A stretch of DNA of 38,789 bases, taken from assembly GCA_001275005.1 (NCBI GenBank), contig JWZX01003408.1, positions 1-38,789 of the forward strand, read 5' to 3'. This stretch comes from Chrysochromulina tobinii (lineage: Eukaryota). Positions 1 to 10,005 of this stretch are shown here, piece after piece; position 1 is the first letter of the stretch; each line of letters starts with the position of its first letter. Below the pieces are notes generated by a model that worked only from the letters and a program-made list of their open reading frames with translations, did not search any database and was not told where the DNA came from. Made by a program: the position numbers and the translations under genes.

Positions 1-720
1 TTCCCGCCAGTGATGAAGGTCTGATGATGCGCGTTGAAGCGCAGGCAGAGCACCTCCTGCCGATGGGCCTTGAGCATCGCCTCGAGGCACGGCAGCTCGT
101 TCCGCCGCTTGGTGATGTCCCACACGCCCACGTGCCCATCATACCTGAGGAGCTCGCAATCAGATACAATCAGACGCCATCAGTGATGGCCATCAGACGC
201 AACGGGGAGTTGCCCATTATCAGAGGCCATCAGAGGCCATCAGAGGCCATCAGAGGCCAACAGAGGTCATCGGACACCATCAGACGCACTCAGACGCACT
301 CAGATGGCACTCAGATAGCACTCAGTCGCACTCAGCCGCCATCAGTGGTCTTCATACCCCGTCGATAGGAGAAGTTCGCAGGAGCCACGTGTCGCGACCT
401 CGAGGCATGTGACCGTGTTCGTATGGCCAACGAGCGAGATCGTCAAGCCCGAGTCCGGATTCCACAGCCGGATGGTACCGTCGTCGTTGCCCGTGATCAC
501 GAAGTCGCACAGCTCAGAGACGTGCAGACAAGAAATCTCCCCTGCGCTCGCATGCATGCTCGGGAGCGTCAAATGTGGCACTCGGTGGCACTCACCTGCG
601 CTCGCTTTCATGCTCAAGATCGTCAAAAGCGTCAAATGTGGCACTCACCTTCGGTCTCATGCATGATGGAGAGCGTCGCCATGTCATAAGGATCCCACGC
701 GCGGATCGTCCCGCGATTGC
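1..720 (-). CDS. WD40-repeat protein, partial (runs off the left edge, 5' end uncertain); exons ~720-649, 541-358, 144-1
   Basis: Spliced translation reads GTIRAWDPYDMATLSIMHETE|GEISCLHVSELCDFVITGNDDGTIRLWNP...GHTNTVTCLEV...LLSTG|YDGHVGVWDITK...AHRQEVLCLRFNAHHQTFITGG. These are consecutive WD repeats, and GT-AG introns 542-648 and 145-357 keep the frame. Confidence 0.8.
145..357 (-). other. Spliceosomal intron (213 nt) filled with 10-bp tandem repeats
   Basis: GG|GTATGA donor and CTCAG|G acceptor; removal restores T-G-Y-D-G-H. The interior carries (CATCAGAGGC)n and (CACTCAGACG)n arrays on the + strand. Confidence 0.8.
542..648 (-). other. Spliceosomal intron (107 nt) made of two tandem intron-like units (596-648 and 542-595)
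   Basis: Both units begin GTGAGTGCCAC and end GCGAGCGCAG. Removing all 107 nt restores the WD40 frame (ETE-G-EIS). Confidence 0.75.
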
Positions 721-850
721 CTAGACCCGCTACCGTCCCCATTGCCGCAACCGCTCGTGGTCGCGATAGCGTAGAAACGCCGAACCGAACGGACGGCCGA
801 AGTCGGAAGCGCGCGTTCTACTCCGATCGTCAAGCCAAATTCCCCACACC

Positions 851-872
851 CTTGACTTGACTTGACTTGACT
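851..872. repeat. (CTTGA)4 pentanucleotide microsatellite
   Basis: cttgacttgacttgacttgact read directly. Confidence 0.85.
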
Positions 873-1100
873 AGTGTGTTTCAGTGGGCGCAAGCCGACA
901 ACCCCGAATGCCAAAAGGCGCGAAAGCCAAAACAACCCCAGAACTAACCCCGAACCCGCATGACAAATTGACAATCCCGAAGCCCAGTCGCCCACACTGG
1001 CTCACACAGTCGACAATGTGCAGTGTGCCCAAGTGCGGTGGGCGCGGCACCAGCCACCGCGGTCATCACTCTCAACTCCCCATAATTCGCAGGGGAGTGA

Positions 1101-2345
1101 TCACCGCAGCCCATTCTCCTCTTTTCTCTTCGCCCGACGGCGCTCTGAGCAGGTCGTGACGACCGCTGAGCCAAAAGAGTGTGCCTTGATGTTGGTATCG
1201 TTCAAGCGAAAGTTGAAGCCGAGTACATCGACTGCCGCGGCGCGCCAGGAGGCCTGGTCAAACAAGTGGACCATATGGTGGGGCGCACTGCGATCATATC
1301 GAAAGGCAAACAGGTCTCCAAAAGGGACTGGCATACATGCCGTATGCTTCGACGTGGCCAACGCCCACGAGAAGAGGATCTCATCAACGGCTCCTCCACG
1401 AAACTCCCGTTCGAAACCGAGCTCATCGTATCGCATGAGCGCCGACTTTGCTTGTGCTAGAATTGCGGGAAAGGAACCGCGCCGTCCTTGCCCAAAGTTG
1501 GCATAGAAGAGGCCCACGTGCGTGTGATGCATATCAGTTTCGATTTTCCCTTTCTGCTTCAGCTTGCTGTTGATGGCTCCGAGCTTGCCCCAGTGCCAAC
1601 TGCTGTCAAATGGCACCCCAAAGTCATCAAACGCGCAGCCACGGCGGCGGAAGGCTTCCCAAATCGCCGACGTGCCTTTGCTCGTGGGCACAATGTCGGT
1701 ATCCATCTTCATAAACTCTTCGTAGGGAGAGAGCAGGTCCATACGAAGCTCAGGAAGCATATTCCATCGCTCATGCGCAGTGCTAGTCACCTCGTTGAGC
1801 CCGTCATCAAAACATTCGGGGCGATAGAGTATCACATGGTCAAACAGCTTCGAGCCGAGTGCTGGTGCGAGGGACTCGTGATCAGCAAGCAGGCTCATGG
1901 GGTAGACGTCGCCCACTTTGCGCAGCAGCTTGACTTGCACCGTCACCATCTCAAGGTACCCGAGTCCGAACGCCATTCCGAGGTACCCACTTCCGTTGCG
2001 ACTCATCGCTCGCAAGTCGGACATGTATGTCTTGCAGCCAGCGCATCGAACTTCATGGCGTCGTGGTGGCCGAGATCGGTGGAGATTGGTGGAGATTGGT
2101 GGAGATTCAGGGCGCCTGTCGCAGAGGCGTTCCGAAGGCCACGACTGATTGTCATGAGGATAGGACTCATCGTCGAGATCAACCAGCTTGGTTGGGCACT
2201 TGTATTCCGCAAAAAGCTGATCGATTTGACGAGGCAGATTGTAGAAGGCGCTCACCACGGAGGTGCTATTAGTCATGCGCTGAGCCAACAAGTAAATGGT
2301 GATAAGAAAAGCGATGGCCCCGGCCGCCCTGTTGGTGGACCCCAT
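1101..2345 (-). CDS. Putative type II membrane glycosyltransferase (GT-A fold, nucleotide-sugar transferase-like)
   Basis: ATG at 2345 gives the signal anchor MGSTNRAAGAIAFLITIYLLAQ. The segments GYLGMAFGLGYLEMVTVQVKLLRKVGDVYPM and LLSPYEEFMKMDTDIV (DxD motif) resemble GT-A mannosyltransferase-like enzymes. Confidence 0.55.
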   Translation of the reverse strand: MGSTNRAAGAIAFLITIYLLAQRMTNSTSVVSAFYNLPRQIDQLFAEYKCPTKLVDLDDESYPHDNQSWPSERLCDRRPESPPISTNLHRSRPPRRHEVRCAGCKTYMSDLRAMSRNGSGYLGMAFGLGYLEMVTVQVKLLRKVGDVYPMSLLADHESLAPALGSKLFDHVILYRPECFDDGLNEVTSTAHERWNMLPELRMDLLSPYEEFMKMDTDIVPTSKGTSAIWEAFRRRGCAFDDFGVPFDSSWHWGKLGAINSKLKQKGKIETDMHHTHVGLFYANFGQGRRGSFPAILAQAKSALMRYDELGFEREFRGGAVDEILFSWALATSKHTACMPVPFGDLFAFRYDRSAPHHMVHLFDQASWRAAAVDVLGFNFRLNDTNIKAHSFGSAVVTTCSERRRAKRKEENGLR

Positions 2346-2742
2346 GATTACGAAGCGCCGCGTGCACCAACAAGCAAGCAAAGATCCCCACAGCCGTGAA
2401 CCACCATGTGAAGAGACAGTAGGCGGCCAAAAAAAGGTGTCTCGCGGCCGTCTGGGGGGCAGATGGGGTACCAGTGTCCGAAGGAAATGCCTGTGGCTAT
2501 TCTGGGGGGGGGGGTCAATACAAGATATCATTTATCATGACGCTCTCACATGTCTATCATTGTGTATCGAGGGCGCCGCTGAGCCACTTGGCTTCTCTCC
2601 CGGTGCGGGCACCTGTTGAGAAGTTAGTTGCGTAATAGCATAGGGGAGTGGGTCACTCGACCGTGTCGGCCGGCCCCAAGAAGGGGACCGGCCGACTGAC
2701 CACACATGCGTAGCGCTCAACGCGGTCGCATCAACTGTGCAT

Positions 2743-3458
2743 GCTCGGTGTTGCGAGGAAGCTGACCTTGCGAGCCTCGGGTGGATCTGTGACGCTGAGC
2801 AGCGATGCACAGACGCAGCAATTGTGCTGGACGCATCTACGCGTGTAGCAGCAGCCGCAAGAAGCGGCCTGCCGGCCTCATCGATGTGCACTTGCATTGC
2901 GTCGTCGACCATGCAGGCCGCCATCAACCGAGCTCACGCTCGGTGTTGCGAGGAAGCTGTCCTGGCGAGCCTCGCGTGGATCTGTCACGCTGAGCAGCTA
3001 TGCATAGACGCAGCGCTCGTGCTAGACGCATCTACGCGTGTAGCAGCGGCCGCAGGAAGCTTAGAGGATGCTGCATGATCGATCCGCACATGCATTGCGT
3101 CGACGACAGTGCACTTGAGTCCAAGACGGCGACAACAATGCTTGGTCAAGCAAGGAAGCTGACCTTGCGAGCCTCTCGTGGATCTGTCACGCTGAGCAGC
3201 TATACATAGACGCAGCGCTCGTGCTAGACGCATCTACGCGTGTAGCAGCGGCCGCAGGAAGCGGCCTCAACGATGTACACTAGCATTGTGTCGTCGACCT
3301 TGCAGATGGGTCGCATCTGCTCGGTGTTGCGAGGAAGCTGACCTTGCGAGCCTCGGGTGGATCTGTGACGCTGAGCAGCGATGCACAGACGCAGCAATTG
3401 TGCTGGACGCATCTACGCGTGTAGGTCAGTGTAGCAGCAGCCGCAACCCGCAAGAAGC
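2743..3458. repeat. Tandem array of four ~180-200 bp degenerate units
   Basis: Units start at 2743, 2938, ~3140 and 3319. The core is GAGGAAGCTGACC...GGATCTGT(G/C)ACGCTGAGCAGC...GACGCATCTACGCGTGTAG; 2743-2848 is identical to 3319-3424. Confidence 0.9.
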
Positions 3459-4361
3459 ATAGAATCCTGTGGGGGCTTGCCTTTTCTTGAGATCGCCACG
3501 TTGCGCGTCGTTTCGGAAATCCACCCAAACACGATAGGAACCCCTCCCTGGTCCCCAGCTCGCGGTCCTCCCCCCCGGACCTTCCTTGCACACCACCGCA
3601 CACGAGCATGGTTATCTCGGCGTACTACCTACCCATTGGATGGGCGACCGTGTGATGGCGTATTCACTGTGGTCGAGCTATGTATGGTCGAGCCATATCC
3701 GCCCGAGGTCGAGGCTACTGTTACACCTGCTCACCTGTTTGAAAATCATAAGCCAATGCCTTCATGGACTCAGGAACTCAAAACTTGGCAGCAGGCTTCC
3801 TAACTTTTTGAGATCTGCTCAAAATCAAATAAATCATAACTTCCCAGAGCGAATTTTGACTGAATACCCTACTTAGGGTGCAGAAATGGCCCTTCCCGAA
3901 GGATCCAGCTCTGCGCCTCTGGGAAGTCGATAAGGCAAGTGAAGCACCTCCCATCCTCCCTGAGAAAAGGCTATAGCCAAGTCTTGGGCCCCATCCGCGA
4001 TCACCACGGCTTATGATTTTCAAGTGACGATTTTTTGTCCATTTTCGCTCACTTTACCGCTCAGGCGGCCGGGAACGTTCTCTGGCCGGCCCCGGTTGCG
4101 GCGGCGTAGCCGTAGCGCGTAGGTTGCTGCGGGAACCGGGATGCTCTGGTTCGATCCGCGTGGCAATCGGGTCCTCCAATTCACTGCGCGAACCTTGGGC
4201 TTTCAAGCCTATTTCAAGCCGGGAATTTTGGGGTCCAGCACGGTCGCCTCTCTCTCCAAAAGTGCAATCACAGACGAGCGTTGGGCCTCGAAGCTCGCGC
4301 GCCATACATGTATGTTTACCAGCAAGGGCACTGAAGCCCCCGCTCGCTCTCGCTCTCCGGC

Positions 4362-6727
4362 TCACGCCAAATACCGATACACTGAAGAAGAGCCTTGGTC
4401 GCGCTCCAAGTACTCGCGGTCAATGAGCGACTCGATGCGTTTCTTGAGGTCGGGTGGCTTCAGAGGGAACTTGAGTTGCTGGAAGAGCTCCGACATGAGC
4501 AGCGCATGCGTGAGCGTCTTGCGCGCCTTCATGATGCGCACGATGGCAGCATCGATTTGGTACTGCCGGTCCTGGAAGACGCGCTCCGTGGTCTGCTCAC
4601 TCTCCTGCTCGCTCTCGCGCATCTGGATCGAATTGATCTTGATGCGGTAGAGTGCGTTCTTAAATGTGTCCTCGAAGAAGAAGCTGTCCTCGTCTTCCAC
4701 GTCACGCCCCTTGGGTTCCTTGCGCAGCACGCGCTGCTTGCCGCAAGCGAGCGACTGTAGGGTCAGCTTGAGCTCCTTATCCTCGATGCCCGTCGCGGAG
4801 AGGATGGACTTATATCCCAGTGATCCCTCTGCTCCCAGGTCGTCGTTGAAGAGCAGCAGCACGATGGCTTGATTGAGCGAGACGTTAAGCTCTTTGCGCC
4901 CCAAAGGGAAGTTGGCGAGAAGCGTGCAGTGGCCGAGATACGGATGCCACTGCAGCCGGCGGCCGTTGTGCTTTTTGGTGTAGTAGTCGTTGAAGACCCC
5001 CTGCAGTCGCAGGACCTCCTCGGGCAGGCAAACCTCGACAGGCGGGTACGTAGGCCAGTACCCCTGCGTGAGCACGTGCACCGAGAGCTGGATGTCCTTA
5101 TCCTCCTGGCCTGACTCGAGCATACGCGCCTGCGGTGACTCCTTGAAGGAGGCCATCACGTCGCGCGAGAGCTCTATGTCCTTGAACATGCCCTCGAGCT
5201 TGGCAGTGAAGCCCGAGCCACACTCGGCCTTCAGCTTCGAGATCATCGACTTCTCCGCGTCCACAGAGGCCGACTTGTCGAGCAGCAGTCGCTTGGACAA
5301 GTCCTTCTTGTAGAAGGCCTCGAACATGTCCTTGCCGTCAATGTACCGGAACAGGGTCATCGTCTTGTCGAGCACCTCCTCGAGCTCCTCTTCCGAGGTA
5401 CCCTTATTGCCGCTGCGCAGCTTGCCGTCGAGGAAGCGCGCGACGAGCTCGGCGGCGCGATTCTGGCGCACGTTGATGAAGCATTCGAAGGCCTCCTTGA
5501 GGGAGTGGCCGAACTGCTCGTTGGAGCTGAAGGCGTCGTAGAGGATGCGGTCGAGCTTCTCCTTGAACTGCAGCAGCTCCTGCACGAGGCCGCGCTCGCG
5601 CTCCGCATCGCTCACCATCGCAGTGCCCACGCGCTTGATGAACGCCGCAAAGGCCTGGCGCAGCCGCGGCAGCGCGTCGACTAACCCTAACAGGTTGTAC
5701 ATGCACGTGAGGTCGTCGATGCGACTCTGCTCCATGAGTGTGGTGAAGCCCTTCTCGATGATGGCGTCCACATGCGCGGCGAGCAGCTCCTGCAGCGCCG
5801 TCTGCAGCAGCGCTTTGCGTGTCGAGAGGTGCAGGTAATGCAGCACGCGTTGCTCCTCCTGCGCGAGGCGCGAGCGCACGTGCTGTAGGTACGAGGGTAC
5901 GTCCATCACATGCAGATGCGTGGCCGCCTCGGCGACGTAAAAGTCGCGCGTCGTGCGCAGGAAGTGGACCTCGAAGAGCTCAACGTACATGCCCAAATCA
6001 TGAAGCATGCGCAGCAGCGAGTGCAACAGCATACGCTCCACCTGCGCGTTGGCAGCATCCGGGGACACGCACGCATGTCAAGTCAGGGCAGGTAAATTCG
6101 GGGCCTACGTGGCGACTGGGTGGAGAAGCTCGCGGGCGACACGCGGATACGGCAGCGGATGCGCTCGCACACCTGATCCCCCGTGCGCTCGTGCTCGATG
6201 AGGGTCAGGAGGCCCTGCACCGTTTTGCGCGCCACCTCCGGCCGCCGACCCAGGTGCGACCGAAAGATCGTGAGTCCCATATCCCAGAGCGACTTGTTCG
6301 CCGTCTGCATGACGTGCGTGCGATCCAAATAGAGGAAGATGGAGCGCAGCGTGAGCATTTGGTCGCAGTGGTCTGCCCAGGTGGCCTGTACCAGCGACAG
6401 GAACGCGAGCGTATCGGGCGTCTGCCCCAGGAGCATGTCCAGGCGTGACGCCACATGCTGCTCGCATTCCTCCCGCAGGCGGTCGTAGACCACGGCCGCC
6501 AGGTTTTGCAAGCACATGTCTTCGACGGCGCGGTAGAGCTCCTCCAAACTGTGCCCCACTGCGCACTTGGCGTGCACCGCCTGCACCGCTGCCTGCAGCC
6601 TCGCCCATGTGTCACGCTCAAAATTTTCGGGCAGCTTAGGCCGGGACTTGAGCGGCTTAATCACGAGCTTCTTGGTGACCGGATTGGTGCCTGCTCGATT
6701 GGCTAAGGACGAGCCCGGGAGCGACAT
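4362..6727 (-). CDS. CUL4: Cullin-4; exons 6727-6173 and 6041-4362 (744 aa)
   Basis: N-terminal KKLVIKPLKSRPKLPENFERDTWARL, cullin core GKDMFEAFYKKDLSKRLL and KLKAECGSGFTAKLEGMFKD, neddylation domain IDAAIVRIMKARK...KKRIESLIDREYLER. GT-AG intron 6042-6172 is in phase 0. Confidence 0.95.
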
Positions 6728-7138
6728 GTGTGCCACACTTGCGCCTCGGGCGTCTCTACACGAGAGGTGGCGGAAAAAGCGTTGTCGCGAGCGCTCTCCT
6801 GTCTCGTTGTCTACTGCACTAGGGACGGCGGAGCGGAGAGGACTGAGGTTTCGAGTGTACGCTCACCCGAGAGGTTCAAAGTAACGAAGATCGAAGTGCT
6901 GACACAAGCAGGTCCCAGTTTCCACTCTCCCAGGCTCCCACCCGCGCAGCTTTCCGATGGGGCCAGCTTCGGCTCGTACCGTACCCCTACTCGGCCATGC
7001 CTCCAACCACTGCGATAGCGGCCCCCGCGCTTGGGGGCCCGGAAAGCATTCGCATTGTGTTGAACAGCAGCAGCACCCGCGCTGGCAGGAACCTGTGGCA
7101 CCGCCCACGCCCCTTCGTTTCGAGGCGAGCCGTTGGGT

Positions 7139-7993
7139 CTAGAACTCGACCGGCTGGCCCTTGGCAGCCATCGCGTAGTACTCACCGACCTTGTTCCAGT
7201 TGATGACGTTGTAGAACGCGGCGATGTACTCGGGTCGGCGGTTCTGGTACTTGAGGTAGTAGGCGTGCTCCCACACGTCGATGCCCATGATCGGGATGAG
7301 ACCCTCCTCGAGGCCAGTGCCCTCCATCAGCGGGTTGTCCTGGTTGGGCGTCGTCACGATCTTGACGCTGCCGTCCTTGGCGACGGCGAGCCACGCCCAG
7401 CCCGAGCCAAACACGCCGGCAGCCGCCGCGCTGAACTGTTCCTTGAACTTGTCATACGAGCCAAAGGCCGCCATCATTTTGTCGGCAAGGACGCCCTTGG
7501 GCTCGCCGCCAGCGTTGGCGCTCATGGTGTTCCAGAGGAGGCAGTGGTTATAGTGGCCGCCGCCGGCGTTGTTGAGCTTCGCGGCCTTGGCGCCCGGCAT
7601 CAGCGAGACGAGCGAGGCGGCAGGCTTGCCCGCCATGGCCTTGTTGAGGTTGTTGACGTACGCCTGATGGTGGAAATCATGGTGGAACTTCATAGTCGCC
7701 GCGTCGATATGCGGCTCGAGCGCGTCGTACGCATACGGCAGTGGGGGGAGCTTGAACATGGCATCATCCGCCACCGCGGCGTCCGAGAAACCCACCGCTG
7801 CCGCAGCAGCAAGGCCAAGCCCAAGAGCTGAGCGACGCGTGGTCAAAAGGCTCTCAGCTGGAATGCCAAACTTGGCGAGCAGCAGGCGCTCCTCGCCAGT
7901 GGCGGCCATCTTCGGGCACGAAGCACGGCTGACGACCCGCGTCGAGGGCGCGACGAGCGCGCCGGTCACCGCCAGCAGCACGCAGGAGATCAT
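7139..7993 (-). CDS. Fe/Mn superoxide dismutase (Mn-type residues) with plastid and Tat-like presequence
   Basis: [49 protein letters not shown] and DVWEHAYYL motifs. ATG at 7993 begins a signal peptide. Confidence 0.93.
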   Translation of the reverse strand: MISCVLLAVTGALVAPSTRVVSRASCPKMAATGEERLLLAKFGIPAESLLTTRRSALGLGLAAAAAVGFSDAAVADDAMFKLPPLPYAYDALEPHIDAATMKFHHDFHHQAYVNNLNKAMAGKPAASLVSLMPGAKAAKLNNAGGGHYNHCLLWNTMSANAGGEPKGVLADKMMAAFGSYDKFKEQFSAAAAGVFGSGWAWLAVAKDGSVKIVTTPNQDNPLMEGTGLEEGLIPIMGIDVWEHAYYLKYQNRRPEYIAAFYNVINWNKVGEYYAMAAKGQPVEF

Positions 7994-8219
7994 GAGCGAG
8001 CGATGAGTGTTTCTTCGTTGAAGTGTCGGTGATCGCGCGAGCTCATGCGCGCTCTTCACGTTCACGTGTTATTGTTTCGTCAATCGGCCGGTGGTGTGCG
8101 TGGTGTGGTCGTGCTGTGTTGAGGTTGCGATGATCCGGCATCGACATTGTACAGGTAACTCCCTATGGACCAGGAGCGAATCCTCGGGCCCCGGGGCTCG
8201 CTCTCTCGCTCTGCCGTAC

Positions 8220-9009
8220 TCATCCCTTGCCCTTGCCACCCTTGCCCTTCCCTGGGCTGCCTTTGCCACCCTTGCCGCCTTTGCCCTTGCCATCGCCTTT
8301 GCCCTTTCCGCCTTTGCCCTTTCCGAACCCCTTTCCGATCCCCTTTCCGCCACCGCCTTTGCCCTTACCGCCACCGCCGCCGGCGCCCTTGGGCTGCGGG
8401 AGGAAGCGCTGCAGAGGGAGCAGTTTCTCAGGATTGATGTAGAGCTTGTCGCCCGCCTTGAACGAGGTCGCCTCCATGCCCGTGGCGGGCTTGACGCTGA
8501 AGAGCAGCTCCTGAATCGTGCCAAAGATCTCATCGACCTGCGGGGGAAGGCACAATGAGACAGCCATTTGCTTACGCGTCGCGTGCAGTGCGGACTCGCG
8601 AGAGCAGGAGAGCTCACCTTGCCCACGTCGCGTTTGTTTTCTAGATAGATCGGTGCGTTGAGATATGGCACCTGCCGCGCCGGGTTTGCCGTACATGGGG
8701 TCAGCCCGCTGCAAAACGCACCACCAGAGCCGCGCCGCCGGAGCTCTAGCGCACCTTATCGTTCGTTGATTTGACAACTAGGTCGCCTTCGCACGAGTGC
8801 TGGAAGATGCCCATCTCGACGACCGAGTCGGGAGGTCCCTCAGAGTAAAAGCCCCCACCCCCTTTTCCTTTGCCGCCGCCTTTGCCTTCACCTTTGCCAC
8901 GGCCTGCGAAGGGATGTGTGTGAGACAACACACGAGAGAGCTGAGTACGAGCGCATGGGCAACCGACGTTCCGTCCCGTGCTCGGCGCACACGCACCTCC
9001 GAAGCCCAT
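8220..9009 (-). CDS. GAR1: H/ACA snoRNP subunit GAR1; exons 9009-8997, 8903-8755, 8671-8618, 8537-8220
   Basis: Spliced core [52 protein letters not shown]...[15 protein letters not shown], flanked by Gly-rich tails. Three GT-AG introns (8904-8996, 8672-8754, 8538-8617) are phase-consistent. Confidence 0.92.
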
Positions 9010-9474
9010 GTTGAAGCCACGCGGACACCTTCAGCGGACCGTCGAGTGTGAAAGTAAGGGTTCATACCCACACTAAACAGTTTTGAGAAGAATCTTTTGC
9101 ATTTCTTTCCCTTCCTCTGCAGTGTTTTGCTCTCGGCCGGCCCGGAACCTCAGTACACTGAATTTACGCCGGCGTTGGCCCAACCGCTGACACACCACAG
9201 TAGAGTGTAGACTGTACGCGCAGACGCGCATCTCGTGGGGGCAGGTCAACCCGATGGAGGCATTGCGAGCGCTAGGTATGGGACCGGTCACCAAATGCAA
9301 CCCATTCTACCATGGACGATCGCAGCGTATGTGGCGACGCCTTTTCCATGTTCCACATCAGCGATCAGGGCAGGGGCCTGGCAAGCGTGAGGGAGCATAC
9401 GAATGTCGCACCCGGGAGAGGGCCATTTCACTTGCGCTTGCTGTTCAGGCGCGACTCGATGGTCGACCAATAGG

Positions 9475-9885
9475 TCAGATTATGAGGAGAGGGCAGGGCG
9501 GAAGCCAGAGCTTCGGGGTTCGAGGCCAGATGCCGCACTTGAAAATGTTGTTGCCAAACTCATTCTTCACCTTCTTCTCATCACCCTGCTGCCGCTGGAA
9601 CGCCTGCTCACCTGGTGCCAGCAGGACAGGCAGCAGAGCCGTCGCGATGGCCAGGGCACCACCGACCGGAATCACCCACCCAGGCGCATCCACGGCACCG
9701 TAGACACGCTCACCAGTGGTATCGACGATCTCAGCGAGCAGAGTGAGTGGAAATTCGTTCAACACGGCCTTGGGCGTCGTCGTGCGCGTCTGCGTAGTGG
9801 CGCTGCGTGTGGCCGCGGGGAGCGTGAATGCCGATGCGCTCACCGCGAGAAGCACCACCAAGCTCGAGATCAGACGAGACATCAT
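9475..9885 (-). CDS. Small plastid-targeted single-TM protein of unknown function (3' end may be spliced)
   Basis: MMSRLISSLVVLLAVSASA-FTLP (signal peptide plus ASAF motif), Thr/Arg-rich transit peptide, hydrophobic segment GWVIPVGGALAIATALLPVLLAPG. Confidence 0.7.
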   Translation of the reverse strand: MMSRLISSLVVLLAVSASAFTLPAATRSATTQTRTTTPKAVLNEFPLTLLAEIVDTTGERVYGAVDAPGWVIPVGGALAIATALLPVLLAPGEQAFQRQQGDEKKVKNEFGNNIFKCGIWPRTPKLWLPPCPLLII

Positions 9886-10005
9886 GACAGAGAAGGGTGC
9901 CGAAACTTCGCAGGTCGTAAGAAACGTGGGAAATAAGAGCGGCCTGGCCGTTTCGATGTCCAAGTTGTCATCTCGCTCCAAACGTTAGGGGGAAGTGTAT
10001 TCATT

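Noticed and set aside
2031..2115. Possible GC-AG intron around a (GGTGGAGATT)3 repeat in the glycosyltransferase
   Set aside because: Candidate introns of 65 or 85 nt would shift the frame, whereas the ORF is already open from the signal anchor to the DxD motif.
2743..3458. CRISPR-like repeat-spacer array
   Set aside because: Repeats exceed 100 bp, the linkers resemble each other, there are no cas genes, and the context is eukaryotic.
3806..3824. TTTTGAG-N5-CTCAAAA hairpin
   Set aside because: A 7-bp stem in an AT-rich patch is expected by chance and has no supporting context.
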